Part shown: one piece after another, positions 1-9,942 of the stretch
Numbering within the stretch: position 1 is the stretch's first letter
How the letters are laid out: every line of letters begins with the position of its first letter
Origin: a virus
DNA length: 49,882 bases
Virus record (IMG/VR): IMGVR_UViG_3300045988_133688
Reading direction: 5' to 3' (one strand)
Program-made: the position numbers and the translations under genes
The notes under the pieces: model-generated
Told to the model about the DNA's origin: nothing
Database searches by the model: none
What the model saw: only the letters and a program-made list of their open reading frames with translations

Positions 1-57
1 ACTATCTATTGATGCTTCCAGACTATCTATTGATGCTTCCAGACTATCTATTGATAC
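1..57. repeat. 21-bp tandem repeat actatctattgatgcttccag (2 full units plus a degenerate third); nt 1-48 duplicate nt 49835-49882
   Basis: Direct reading of both window ends. On the minus strand the unit encodes the heptad IDSLEAS. Confidence 0.95.
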
Positions 58-1161
58 ATAGTTCTTATCTGATGTTTTAATAGTAGCTATTAGCGTAGAA
101 TTCAGCGAGGATAATTTTATATATGCTGCATTTTTTACAGACGTAACGTCTATTTCTTGGTTTGTCAGCGTTACATTACTAGCACTGTCGCCTAGGCTTG
201 ATATAAAAGTTTTATTGGCATCATAGAAAGCAGCATAGCACGCTAATTGTCCATAGGTGCCTGTGTAAAACATTTTAGTAAAGCCGGATATACTAATAAA
301 GTTAGTAGAAACTGCACCAGCATATCTTGAAACAGCTCCAGTATTTTTATTTATATAAGTATTATTATTATTATTATTAGCTGCTAGGTTAGCATTTTTC
401 AAGCAATTACCGATAAGACTAGTATTGTTTTCAGAATTAGCTTTTACAGAGTTTACTAGCATTGCCATAAATACATTTATGCCTGTATCGTAAACATCTG
501 TTATAGCATTACTGTATTCTATGTTTCCACCATTCGCAACAAACTGAACAGCAAAAAATATAGCGTTATTCGGTATATCTGACTGACTCAGTTCAAAATC
601 AGACGAACCGGTAGTATTGTACATAAAGCTTATAAGCTCTAAGTTATTATCGAAAAACAATACAGTTGGCACTTTGGAATATCCAGGCAATCTAGTATGC
701 GCAACACCGTGCATAACTATATTGCCGGATGTTGGAAATTTAAGTAAACTAGAACAACTAGCTGAGGTAACTCCCTTAATAGCTGAAAGAACAAGGTCTC
801 CATTGCTGTTTTCAGTATAATAGCAAGACTTAAATAGCGTATTATAAATATGCCCTGAGAATACTCTACTTGCAATCCATGTACCAGCAGCGGTGTTAAG
901 AATAATATATAACCCCGCGTCATGTATTTCTATTCCAAAATTAGAATACGCACCGTTGTACGGAGCTAAATAGAATACTGGGCCATCTGGGGTACCTGGA
1001 TTAGTGGTTAATGCTGCTACCCCTGCAAATGCAGCTTTTTCTCCAACAGAAGATACTATATTATTAAGTACATTCTGAAGAAGTTGTCCGGTAATTTTTT
1101 GATTACCATTGGTCTTTATAATATCAGCAATAGCTGCTTTTAGTATAGTCCAACCTGCCAT
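1..1161 (-). CDS. Tail fibre / receptor-binding protein, N-terminal 387 codons (gene crosses the window junction and continues at 49882..48734)
   Basis: ATG at 1161..1159, 2 nt after the stop of 1164..2021. I translated the minus strand codon by codon down to nt 1 with no stop (MAGWTILKAAIADIIKTNGNQKITGQLLQN...TSDKNYVSIDSLEASIDSLEASIDS). It is missing from the ORF track only because its stop lies beyond the window edge. Confidence 0.8.
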   Translation of the reverse strand, partial: MAGWTILKAAIADIIKTNGNQKITGQLLQNVLNNIVSSVGEKAAFAGVAALTTNPGTPDGPVFYLAPYNGAYSNFGIEIHDAGLYIILNTAAGTWIASRVFSGHIYNTLFKSCYYTENSNGDLVLSAIKGVTSASCSSLLKFPTSGNIVMHGVAHTRLPGYSKVPTVLFFDNNLELISFMYNTTGSSDFELSQSDIPNNAIFFAVQFVANGGNIEYSNAITDVYDTGINVFMAMLVNSVKANSENNTSLIGNCLKNANLAANNNNNNTYINKNTGAVSRYAGAVSTNFISISGFTKMFYTGTYGQLACYAAFYDANKTFISSLGDSASNVTLTNQEIDVTSVKNAAYIKLSSLNSTLIATIKTSDKNYVSIDSLEASIDSLEASIDS

Positions 1162-1163
1162 AT

Positions 1164-2021
1164 TTATGAAATTTTGAAGTCATTATTAAAATCATTATTA
1201 AAGTCTCCTCCTAATAGCTCTTGTGGCTCATAGCCTCCTATATTAGCTATAACAGTATCTGTTTCAAACTCACACTCGACTGATGCTAAGTCGCCTTGGT
1301 CTTCCCAATCTGGCTCCATATTAAATGTAGTCAAATCATATGTTTGCAACTTACTTGTAATCTGCTTATTTTCGCAAAGTCTTACAATTCTAAGAGCATC
1401 GCATAGATATTCTGGGGCTAAGAATGTAAACTTATATATCTTTTTGCTTACTTGACTTTCAATAAAAGTATAGCCCATTCTATCTGTTGACTCTTCTTCA
1501 AAATCATATTCAGGTTTACCTACCTGTGTATTAAGATAACACTTGAATTTGAAATTATCAGAAAAGTCAACTACACCATTTTTAAGCTCAAAGTTATACG
1601 AATTGTAGTACTCAATGAGAAGATAATCATCTACTTTATTATAAACAGTAAATACATCTGAGTATATAGTTCCAAGACCAGATATAGATATTGCTAAATA
1701 GTATCGGCCTTCGTATTTTATATCAATTACTGGAAGAGTTCCTGGATATTTGAGAAGCTTAAAGTCAGTATATGATTTAATAATTAAACCATTTTCTTTC
1801 ATAGTGGTAGTAATATCTGCATATTTACCAGTGTTAAAGTCGTATAATCTAACCCATCTTACTGATGTTCCACTTGCAAGAACTACTTGAAATGGCAATA
1901 ACATATTCTTATAGGTTATAAGCGGATAAACTTGGCCATACGCATAATCTTTACGATGATTTTGCAAAGCAAGATTATCGTAGAACGGTAATGGCGATAT
2001 GTTATTGTTTACTAACTTCAT
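1164..2021 (-). CDS. Hypothetical distal-tail protein (285 aa)
   Basis: ORF track. Lies between the 951-aa tail protein and the fibre gene. C-terminal GGDFNNDFNNDF repeat. No recognisable family. Confidence 0.6.
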   Translation of the reverse strand: MKLVNNNISPLPFYDNLALQNHRKDYAYGQVYPLITYKNMLLPFQVVLASGTSVRWVRLYDFNTGKYADITTTMKENGLIIKSYTDFKLLKYPGTLPVIDIKYEGRYYLAISISGLGTIYSDVFTVYNKVDDYLLIEYYNSYNFELKNGVVDFSDNFKFKCYLNTQVGKPEYDFEEESTDRMGYTFIESQVSKKIYKFTFLAPEYLCDALRIVRLCENKQITSKLQTYDLTTFNMEPDWEDQGDLASVECEFETDTVIANIGGYEPQELLGGDFNNDFNNDFKIS

Positions 2022-2023
2022 AT

Positions 2024-2038
2024 TGCAAATATACTAAA
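2024..2038 (-). promoter_or_regulatory. Late-type -7 promoter box (minus-strand reading TTTAGTATATTTGCA) abutting the ATG of 1164..2021
   Basis: Same 13-15 nt box as at 17726..17740, 21456..21470 and 34183..34197. Contains TAnnTTTG. Confidence 0.4.
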
Positions 2039-2084
2039 AATTTCCGTGATATGAAAATTTCTTAACAAAGTTTAACCTATAATT

Positions 2085-4940
2085 TTATTGAGGCGAATAT
2101 GTTAATTTTACTTTTGCTGTACGAGTATTCATGTTTACAGAATATTCATCTATTTTGCCATCTCCTATGCTGGTTTTAATAAGCTCTAACTCATCTAAAT
2201 CTTCTTCAATAGGAAATTCTACTGTGTGTTTCATACACATTTTTACAGCATTAACATACAGATTATTCAAAACATTGCAGTCTATATTACCAGCAGGCAT
2301 ATCATACATATAAAAATGTACTAAATATGCCCAAGATGCATACCAATTTTGTACTATAGCCTCATAGGAATCTCCGTCTTCGTCTACCAAAGTAGTTTTA
2401 ACAATAGGCAGATTATATGAAGCATCATATATTTTCAACGTACTTCCAAAATTATAATCTAATGGAGTAACGTTGTAATATATGTACTCTGTAGTAGGTA
2501 TTATTACTTTATATCCATTTTCTTCTGGCAAAGTGCTTATATCTACATAGCTAGCTATTTGAGCTCTAACTTCTGTTATTTTTTGATTACTAAATCCTAA
2601 AGCTCCTACGCTGTTTATAGCATAGTTAGTATTTTTGAAATAATACTTTGAGCCAGGATTAACTTTTAGTATATTCAAATTCCAACTCTGCTTTACTATC
2701 TTACCAGTATTATTTATTCCTAAATTTGACCTGACATCATTTATAGATGTATAAATAAGGTTAGTTGAAAAATCAGCTCCTAAAGGGCACAATAATGCAA
2801 AGCCATCATCTGAAAAGTTACTCGGATTAAAAAGCATATAATCAATATCAGATGAAAACTGGCTTATATTTATTTCCTCATTTTTATCCTTCTGTATGTA
2901 ATTAGACTTCACGTCCACAGTTAAACCACCAAACAAATCGGTTACATCGTCCATCCAGCCAAATTCGTATCGCTGATTAAGGTCTGATTTATCATATTCT
3001 ACTTCAGATTGAAAATAGGCTGACATCTTTTTATTAAACTGGTCTGTAAGCTTAGTAAAATCAAGCTGAACATTACTGTTATAAGAATATGAGCCTCCTC
3101 TCATAAAGAAGCTTATATGCTCAACTTTGAATTTACCATCTTCTATATACCAATAGCATCTAAAGCAATCACGAAGCATCTTCATAAGGTCTTCAAATGA
3201 TATTTCTGCTTTTTGTGCTGGCTGGTCATATTCACCTTTAAGTATGTTTGTTTTCTGCGTAATAAATACGTAAAACCTATTCATACTAATAGGCACAGTG
3301 GTATCATACAAAAAGCGACTATACTCAGAAGTAGCTTCATGTTTAAGAGTCGGGTCAATCTTATTAAGCAAAGCTTTTATAACAGCTGCTATGGAATAGC
3401 TATCTCTAAGCGTATATTGCTTTCTTAATCTTTCTTCAAACATCTCATAGGTAATATCGTATACATACCAAAGTGACGCATTTGCCCATGAATTTCTACT
3501 AATAGGCAAAGCTCTACCTAAGCCTGAAGAACTAGGAATAAACTGATTTGTAAAATACTGCCCATAGTCATTCAAACCAAATCTGGTTGGCTCATCAATG
3601 GCTCTAGAAGTACAGAAAAACAATCCGCCTCTTAATCCGATACACTTTTTATAATTTCTATTGTCAGTTACAAAATCATCAGACGGCAAGTTATAAGTGT
3701 TCTTTACACCTTCTGAGTCTTCTACAGTATCTACATCACAAAGTAAACGTCTATAGATATGATATACGAACGGGCTCTCTATAGTAAATTTATCAGTTGA
3801 GTCATTTACATTTACCATTTCTATATCTTCACGGCCTATATAGCAGTTATCAGCTTCTGTAAACACATACTGCTTTACAGACTGATAAAGAATAGTATTA
3901 TCGCTATTGCGCCTAATGTAAATATAGGCGTATGTCATCGGAGTATCTGTTCCCATATAGCATGTATAGCCATTCCAACAACTCCAATATCCATTTGTAC
4001 CAGCATACACCCCATTTACATCAGATATGCCTGCTCCTCTTACATAAAATTCGCTTCCTGCTTTTATATAAGAAAAGTAGTATTTATTTATTAAAGCATT
4101 GTGGTCATCAATAGCTTCATTCACATCATCTTCCCAGTATATGCCTCCGAAGAAATTAGATATAGAATTGGCTCCACGGACATATACCTGCATAAGAGAG
4201 CGTTTATGCAGATTTATTCGCGTAATTGCCGGAGCAAGTTTTATGAGGTCATAAGTATTTTCATACTTATTCATAACCTCATTATAGTTATCAATAGCTG
4301 TAGTTTTAAGTTCACACTTCTTTTTATCATAATCAAACTTACAGTCTGTTTTGTTAAATTCACCTTTATAGTATTCAACCCATTTTTCAGAAGTTCTATT
4401 GTACTTATCTACAATAAATATGAGCTGGTCTTCTAAACTTGAATTTTTTACAAATTCATAGTCTTGGCCAAATAGATTTATTTTGCCATCAAGTGATATT
4501 CTGAAAAACTCTTGGCCACTTTCCTTTGCATACTTTTTACTAAGGTCTTTATAATGAGGATTTACAGACTGCATAATATATATAAAAGTAACATCATTCT
4601 GTGACTTTTCATATATATCTGTATTGCTTTTATAGAATGTTATAGCTATTTGTGTAGTGTTATTAAGCAAATTAACTATTTCACTTCCAGCAGTATATAC
4701 TTTTCCTAAATATGTACTGCCATTGTAGCAATGTATATATATTCTATATGCTTCTGTACTTACACTACCAGCTGGATTTACATTTATAAACACAGCGTGC
4801 GAACTATAAAGACTTATGCTAGAAGATGCACACATGCTAGAATTACTTATATATTCTCCAGCACTATCTATAGTTTCATTACTATAGATAGTAGTATATA
4901 CGCTTTTGCCTACGTAGAAATTATATTTAGGAGGTATCAT
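2085..4940 (-). CDS. Large distal tail / baseplate-hub-like protein (951 aa)
   Basis: Second-largest ORF, 6 nt downstream of the tape-measure stop. Call rests on position and size only. Confidence 0.55.
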   Translation of the reverse strand: MIPPKYNFYVGKSVYTTIYSNETIDSAGEYISNSSMCASSSISLYSSHAVFINVNPAGSVSTEAYRIYIHCYNGSTYLGKVYTAGSEIVNLLNNTTQIAITFYKSNTDIYEKSQNDVTFIYIMQSVNPHYKDLSKKYAKESGQEFFRISLDGKINLFGQDYEFVKNSSLEDQLIFIVDKYNRTSEKWVEYYKGEFNKTDCKFDYDKKKCELKTTAIDNYNEVMNKYENTYDLIKLAPAITRINLHKRSLMQVYVRGANSISNFFGGIYWEDDVNEAIDDHNALINKYYFSYIKAGSEFYVRGAGISDVNGVYAGTNGYWSCWNGYTCYMGTDTPMTYAYIYIRRNSDNTILYQSVKQYVFTEADNCYIGREDIEMVNVNDSTDKFTIESPFVYHIYRRLLCDVDTVEDSEGVKNTYNLPSDDFVTDNRNYKKCIGLRGGLFFCTSRAIDEPTRFGLNDYGQYFTNQFIPSSSGLGRALPISRNSWANASLWYVYDITYEMFEERLRKQYTLRDSYSIAAVIKALLNKIDPTLKHEATSEYSRFLYDTTVPISMNRFYVFITQKTNILKGEYDQPAQKAEISFEDLMKMLRDCFRCYWYIEDGKFKVEHISFFMRGGSYSYNSNVQLDFTKLTDQFNKKMSAYFQSEVEYDKSDLNQRYEFGWMDDVTDLFGGLTVDVKSNYIQKDKNEEINISQFSSDIDYMLFNPSNFSDDGFALLCPLGADFSTNLIYTSINDVRSNLGINNTGKIVKQSWNLNILKVNPGSKYYFKNTNYAINSVGALGFSNQKITEVRAQIASYVDISTLPEENGYKVIIPTTEYIYYNVTPLDYNFGSTLKIYDASYNLPIVKTTLVDEDGDSYEAIVQNWYASWAYLVHFYMYDMPAGNIDCNVLNNLYVNAVKMCMKHTVEFPIEEDLDELELIKTSIGDGKIDEYSVNMNTRTAKVKLTYSPQ

Positions 4941-4946
4941 AGCTTT

Positions 4947-7900
4947 TTAATTTTTGATTATACGTTTAACATTTTTGCGTTGCATTACAACTACTCCATT
5001 AGGCATAGTATAATACTTCGTTTCATTCTGTCGTCTTATGCTTCTTACATCATCTTCAAGTTTGGAAAGGTCCATGTTGCCATTTGCATTCAAAGATATA
5101 CTTAGCCCATCTGAGCCATCAAATGCTTTCAGATATTTATCTTCAAATGTACCTTTATTAAAACTATCAATAACATCAGGTAGTATTTTACGATACTTTC
5201 TTGTTTTATGCTTATTTATAATAGCAAGCGCTTCACCACCTTCAGCTCTCATTTTCTTGCCTTTCTTATTGCTTGTTCCTAAGTCAATATCATCACCAGA
5301 TGCGTGAGAGCCACCTTCCAAGAACTCTAAACCACCTTCGCCATACTCTTCAGATTGGCTTGCCGTTACTTGTTTTGCTTTAATTTTAGCTACTGCGAAT
5401 GAAGTCCACATTGTAGCAATCGCAGCTAGTGCAAGAGCTGGACCTACGATAGGTATTGAGGAGAATGAGCTCCATAAGTTAGCAGATGCAGTAATAAGAG
5501 AAGATGCCTGAATTACTGTATTAAGAGCCTCTTGACGTTTTTGAGCTGCTTCAAGTTGCTTTTGTTTTTCTTGTTGATTTTTCTTCTCTTGCTCAAGCTC
5601 CTTTTTAGCTGTAGCAACATTATTAGCATAGCCATTATTACGAGCTTCAACTTCTGCGTCATAGGCTTTTTGTGCAGCCTCTACTCGCTTTTCTGCATTT
5701 TCAACAGCTTGCTCAGCTAATTCAACTTCAGCATCCATAATAGATTGAAGTTGTTCAAGAACTATATTTACAGCATCTCCTAATGCGTCAATCTGGTCAT
5801 CATCAAAACCAAGCTTCTCTAATAGACTACCACCGAGACCTTTTTTACCTATATTAGAAATAAAGTTATCAAGCTCAGATAACTCTCTATCAATGCCTTT
5901 TACAGTAGATTTTGCTGCATCTATTTGAGCTTGACTCCAATCAAGCCCACCGGACTCAGCAAGTGCTATTTGCTTTTCCCATCTAGCCTTTTCTTGTTCA
6001 AGCTTAAATCGAGTTGTTTCTGTCTCACTCCGTTTTATTTCATTGAATATAGCTTCATCTAAAGCCTGCTGCTCATCAAAGCCTGTCATCTCAAATGAGC
6101 CTTTTGTTTGAGCTGCAGATTTATCAAATTGAGCATTTATTACAGAGCTACTTACTTGCTCAGCAGCAGGCTTAGCAGCATTTTCAGCTAATGCTAATTG
6201 CCTACGCACTTCATTTTGCTGTAATAGCAATTGCAGCTCTTCTTCTGTACCTTTCTTTACAAGTTCAAGCTGATTTTCAATATCACGCTCTCTGGCACTG
6301 AGTATTTGCTTATCATAATCAGCATACAGTTCAAGTTTTTTCTTATTAAACTCAATGAGTATTTCTTCCTCAGACCTTGCATGCTCATCTCCAGCTGCTA
6401 ATAATTTAGCATTAGTGTCTAATACCAACTTATATTCAGCCTCAAGGTTTTGTCTCATTAGTTCTCTTTCTTCTACCAATGAGGCCTCCATCTGAGAAGC
6501 ATCTCGAGTAACGGTTACATTTGTAGTAACAGTTGTTTCTGTATTCTTAGGAGCATTTTCAGCTATAGGAGTTGGACTAACAGCTCCTGTTTGAGTTTCA
6601 CGTTGAAGTCTAAGAGAATTAGCAGCTTGTTCTCTTTGTATTTGCTCTAATTGAAGCGCTAAAGCTTTAAGATTATTTGCTATAGTACTATTTATCCAAG
6701 CATTCTGCTGTGCTATTTGCTTCTTTTGGTCTTCAGTAAGTTTCTTATACTTGCCATCTACATTCTTTACGTACTCATCATTTTTGCGAAGCATTTCTCT
6801 GAGCTTGTTATTCTCATTCTGCACTTCATCAGCAGCAGTTTTACGCCTCTTTGCAAATTCATCTTTTTGTAAAGCAGTTATACTCTCTTCATATTCTTTT
6901 TGTGCTTTTATACTATTTTGGTTAATGATATTAGTAAGGTCATGCGGCTCTCTAGTACGTGTCCTAGTTTTGGTCTTCTTATGAGGTTTATCAATTCCTG
7001 CTGCATCAAGCTCAGCTTTAGCTGCTCTTTCATAACCAGCTGCCAAATCAAAATATGCGTCACCTGTTTTCTCAGCTGCGTCAGCCTCATCTTTCAAATC
7101 CTTAATTCGCTGTTGCTTAAAATCTTCAGCAGATACTTGCTCAGCTAAATCAAGATTAGCCTGAGGGACATATCCAGTCATCGGGTCTCCACCTCTTAAA
7201 CTAGACTGCACAAACCAATTTTTGAATTGGTCCCAACCAGATGGTCCTTTAGCTGCTTCTGTTTCAGCTTTATTTCTTGCAACTAATGCTTTTTCATATT
7301 GTTCAGCTGCAAGCTTCTGAGCTGCTGCAGCTTTTGCTCTAAGCCTAAGAGCATTAACAACAGCTTCAGTATTATTTACAAAGATATTCTCAGCATCAGT
7401 TACATCATTAACTGCAATACCGAGTTTATCAAATTCAGATTTATTATCTTTTATCCACTGATTTTTCTCAGCTGTGGTTTTAAGATTTTTCCATTCTTGT
7501 TGAAGCTGTTTTAATGATACTATATTATCACCATATCCACCATTTGTCTCCTCTAATTCTTTTGCTATATTATCTAAAGCATCAGTTAAAGATATAACTG
7601 CGGCTCTACCTTTGAACAGATTGCCAATCCATTCAATGATTTGGCCACCAAACATGGATAATACAGTGAGTACTATTACAAGTATAGTATTCCAACTAAA
7701 TAAAGCTTTAACAATAGACTTTGTTACGCTTACAGTAGCTTTACCTTCTGCTTGAAGAGCTTTATTCTGAGCGCGCAAACGGTTAATCTCATCAACAACC
7801 ATAGGAATGTTGTTTGAGATACCTAAGAAGAAAGTATTGAGTGAAACTGCAGCAGCAGGAAGCTCTCGAACTACTTGAGAAATAGATATACCTAAGCCAT

Positions 7901-8894
7901 CCCATGTTCTCTGATAATGGCCTACCGACAACCTATAATTACCAGTTGCTTCTTGCAGCTTTATCATTTGCTGATAAAGAGCATTAGTTTCAGTTTCAAG
8001 CTTTTTACCTCCATCTGCAGCTTCTCTTTCAGCAGCAGACATCTGATTAAGCTTTATTTTATTCAGCTCATACTGTGCTGAAAGTCTATTATACGACCCT
8101 TCTGCAGAAGCTGCTATTGTTGCCTGAAGCTGAGCAACTCTATTTGCTTCTTTTATTTGAGTTGAATACAGCTTTAATTGCTGATTTTCTTCAGATTGTG
8201 CATAGGCTAATTTCTGTTGTGCCTGAGCTATAGGGTCAATAGTAGCTTGTTGCTGCCTTCTAGAAGAAGTCAGCTCAGATATTTTTCTTTTTAATTCTGT
8301 AAGTCGCTTACCTTCATCTGATTGCAAATAAGCCAATCTCTGCTCAGCTTTTTCAACTTCGGATAAAGTTTGAATATGCGGCTTCATGGTATCATCAAGA
8401 GCCTTAATTTGATTTTTAAGGTTGATAATATCATTCAAAAGCTGTTGACCCATTTGGCTATCTGCTCTTTCTGCGTCTGTAAGAGACTTATACAGTGATA
8501 CAGCCTCTTTTAAGTCAGATTTAAGCCTATCATAAGACGATACGGCCTGTTGCAAATAGCGCTGCTGTTCTACAGTAGTTCTATTCGCATCTGCTGTTTG
8601 AGCTTTAAGCCATGCTATCTGTTTACCAGTATCTGATATAGCAAGTTTAAGCTCATTCTGTGCTCGTTCAAGCCTTGATGTAGAAGCTGTAGCTTCATCA
8701 ATGCTTTTACGCCCGTCACTTGTAGCTCCACTAACAGACTTAAGAGCATGCACAACTCTATCTGCGCCTGCTCTTATAGCATTCACCATGACTTCATACT
8801 GCTGGTTGAGTTCTCCTAATTGCTTTACAAGCTTTTCAATAGAGTCATCCGGCTGTATTATATCACTATATTTTATCTTATCGTCTTCAGCCAT
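4947..8894 (-). CDS. Tail tape measure protein (1315 aa)
   Basis: Longest ORF. Ala/Glu/Lys/Gln-rich coiled-coil sequence. Two hydrophobic segments (FSWNTILVIVLTVLSMFGGQIIEWIG; SIPIVGPALALAAIATMWTSFAVA). Located upstream of the distal tail genes. Confidence 0.85.
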   Translation of the reverse strand: MAEDDKIKYSDIIQPDDSIEKLVKQLGELNQQYEVMVNAIRAGADRVVHALKSVSGATSDGRKSIDEATASTSRLERAQNELKLAISDTGKQIAWLKAQTADANRTTVEQQRYLQQAVSSYDRLKSDLKEAVSLYKSLTDAERADSQMGQQLLNDIINLKNQIKALDDTMKPHIQTLSEVEKAEQRLAYLQSDEGKRLTELKRKISELTSSRRQQQATIDPIAQAQQKLAYAQSEENQQLKLYSTQIKEANRVAQLQATIAASAEGSYNRLSAQYELNKIKLNQMSAAEREAADGGKKLETETNALYQQMIKLQEATGNYRLSVGHYQRTWDGLGISISQVVRELPAAAVSLNTFFLGISNNIPMVVDEINRLRAQNKALQAEGKATVSVTKSIVKALFSWNTILVIVLTVLSMFGGQIIEWIGNLFKGRAAVISLTDALDNIAKELEETNGGYGDNIVSLKQLQQEWKNLKTTAEKNQWIKDNKSEFDKLGIAVNDVTDAENIFVNNTEAVVNALRLRAKAAAAQKLAAEQYEKALVARNKAETEAAKGPSGWDQFKNWFVQSSLRGGDPMTGYVPQANLDLAEQVSAEDFKQQRIKDLKDEADAAEKTGDAYFDLAAGYERAAKAELDAAGIDKPHKKTKTRTRTREPHDLTNIINQNSIKAQKEYEESITALQKDEFAKRRKTAADEVQNENNKLREMLRKNDEYVKNVDGKYKKLTEDQKKQIAQQNAWINSTIANNLKALALQLEQIQREQAANSLRLQRETQTGAVSPTPIAENAPKNTETTVTTNVTVTRDASQMEASLVEERELMRQNLEAEYKLVLDTNAKLLAAGDEHARSEEEILIEFNKKKLELYADYDKQILSARERDIENQLELVKKGTEEELQLLLQQNEVRRQLALAENAAKPAAEQVSSSVINAQFDKSAAQTKGSFEMTGFDEQQALDEAIFNEIKRSETETTRFKLEQEKARWEKQIALAESGGLDWSQAQIDAAKSTVKGIDRELSELDNFISNIGKKGLGGSLLEKLGFDDDQIDALGDAVNIVLEQLQSIMDAEVELAEQAVENAEKRVEAAQKAYDAEVEARNNGYANNVATAKKELEQEKKNQQEKQKQLEAAQKRQEALNTVIQASSLITASANLWSSFSSIPIVGPALALAAIATMWTSFAVAKIKAKQVTASQSEEYGEGGLEFLEGGSHASGDDIDLGTSNKKGKKMRAEGGEALAIINKHKTRKYRKILPDVIDSFNKGTFEDKYLKAFDGSDGLSISLNANGNMDLSKLEDDVRSIRRQNETKYYTMPNGVVVMQRKNVKRIIKN

Positions 8895-8896
8895 AA

Positions 8897-9673
8897 TTAT
8901 TTCTTATGTTTATTGCGTTTCAAACTCTTTGCCTCAGCTTCTGCTTGAGCTTTTATATTATCGATAGCATTATAGAATTGAAGTACTGTCATCTTTCTAG
9001 CGTCCATGTTTGTTTTTTGAGCTATGAGTAAACAAGTACTTTCAAATTGCTTATCATATTTAACCTCAACGGACTCACTTCCTATATATGTTTTCGGCGT
9101 ATGCATATTAAGCATCATTATATCTATAGCCTCAATTTGCTCTGAGTTATCAGTATCATTTATAACTGAGTCTAATACAAGAAGTGTTCTAGCTTTAAGC
9201 TTGTCATAAGCTTCTTTTTCCTTTGGATTTACAAAATCACCTGGAAAGTATATTTCTAGTTCACTTGTGACTTTTTTTTTAAGCCACAAAAGAAAATCTA
9301 TGACTTTAGAGTGCTTAACTTCTTTAAGGTCCTGAAGTAATTTTTTAAGCCCATCATCTGACAAGTCATTAACTTCTTTTCCATCCACACTATGTATAAG
9401 AGCAGCAAAAGCTAAATACTTCGGCGATATTTCACTGTTTACCATGTAGATATTCTGCCGCATATTTTGCAATTCCTGCAAAGCCTTTCTATTATTGTTT
9501 GATTTTATATACTTTGCTATCTTTACTATATGAGCGTCAATATCATCTGCGTCTGACCCAATGCCTGAGTCAATAAGCAGATATTTATTGTACTTTTGAA
9601 AATTTATGATTGGCATTTCATCTATGCTATCATAAACCCGTACAATTTTTTTATTTATAAGTAGGTTTTTCAT
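8897..9673 (-). CDS. Hypothetical protein in the tail-assembly-chaperone position (258 aa)
   Basis: Stop is 2 nt before the tape-measure ATG. Contains an A9 tract (T9 on the plus strand, 9272..9280) mid-gene. Confidence 0.5.
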   Translation of the reverse strand: MKNLLINKKIVRVYDSIDEMPIINFQKYNKYLLIDSGIGSDADDIDAHIVKIAKYIKSNNNRKALQELQNMRQNIYMVNSEISPKYLAFAALIHSVDGKEVNDLSDDGLKKLLQDLKEVKHSKVIDFLLWLKKKVTSELEIYFPGDFVNPKEKEAYDKLKARTLLVLDSVINDTDNSEQIEAIDIMMLNMHTPKTYIGSESVEVKYDKQFESTCLLIAQKTNMDARKMTVLQFYNAIDNIKAQAEAEAKSLKRNKHKK

Positions 9674-9942
9674 ATCAAAATTCGCGTTATAGGGGTTGAT
9701 ATTATTGGAATAAATAAGATATTCATCTCTCTAAAGAAAATAGCGAGAATGACAGCGAGAATGAGCGACGTCCAAAAACTTAAGCAAAAATCACAATCGA
9801 ACAATTGAGAAATTAGCTTAGGCGCTTTGGTAATTATATTGTCTCTTATACCTAATTTTCCAATCAGCAATATAACGAATGCTGCTGCTAAGGCTATATA
9901 TATTAAAGCCGAAAGCAATGTTATAAAATATACCGTTGACAT
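9670..9942 (-). CDS. Small integral membrane protein (90 aa) with CDFCLSFW motif
   Basis: Two to three hydrophobic helices (ITLLSALIYIALAAAFVILLIG; TSLILAVILAIFF). 4-nt overlap with the downstream gene. Confidence 0.6.
   Translation of the reverse strand: MSTVYFITLLSALIYIALAAAFVILLIGKLGIRDNIITKAPKLISQLFDCDFCLSFWTSLILAVILAIFFREMNILFIPIISTPITRILI

Noticed and set aside
1-57. Regular short repeats at both window ends as a possible CRISPR array
   Set aside because: The units are contiguous with no spacers, 21 nt long and in frame inside a long ORF. They encode heptads. The two ends are the same sequence because of circular closure.
361-378. (ATT)6 microsatellite
   Set aside because: It is an in-frame trinucleotide repeat encoding Asn6 in the fibre gene. 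Length changes keep the frame, so it is not an on/off phase-variation switch.
4101-8967. Many 60-124-aa plus-strand ORFs inside the tail and tape-measure genes, and similar ones inside scaffold, portal, polymerase and other genes
   Set aside because: They are antisense shadows of long, well-supported minus-strand genes. The peptides are Phe/Leu/Ile/Ser-rich, typical of AT-rich antisense frames. There are no upstream signals.
9738-9765. Two AGCGAGAATGA copies in tandem, as possible further regulator sites
   Set aside because: They lie inside the membrane-protein ORF and encode part of a hydrophobic helix (minus strand). They are the only clear intragenic copies I noticed, so I treat them as coincidental until a genome-wide count is done.
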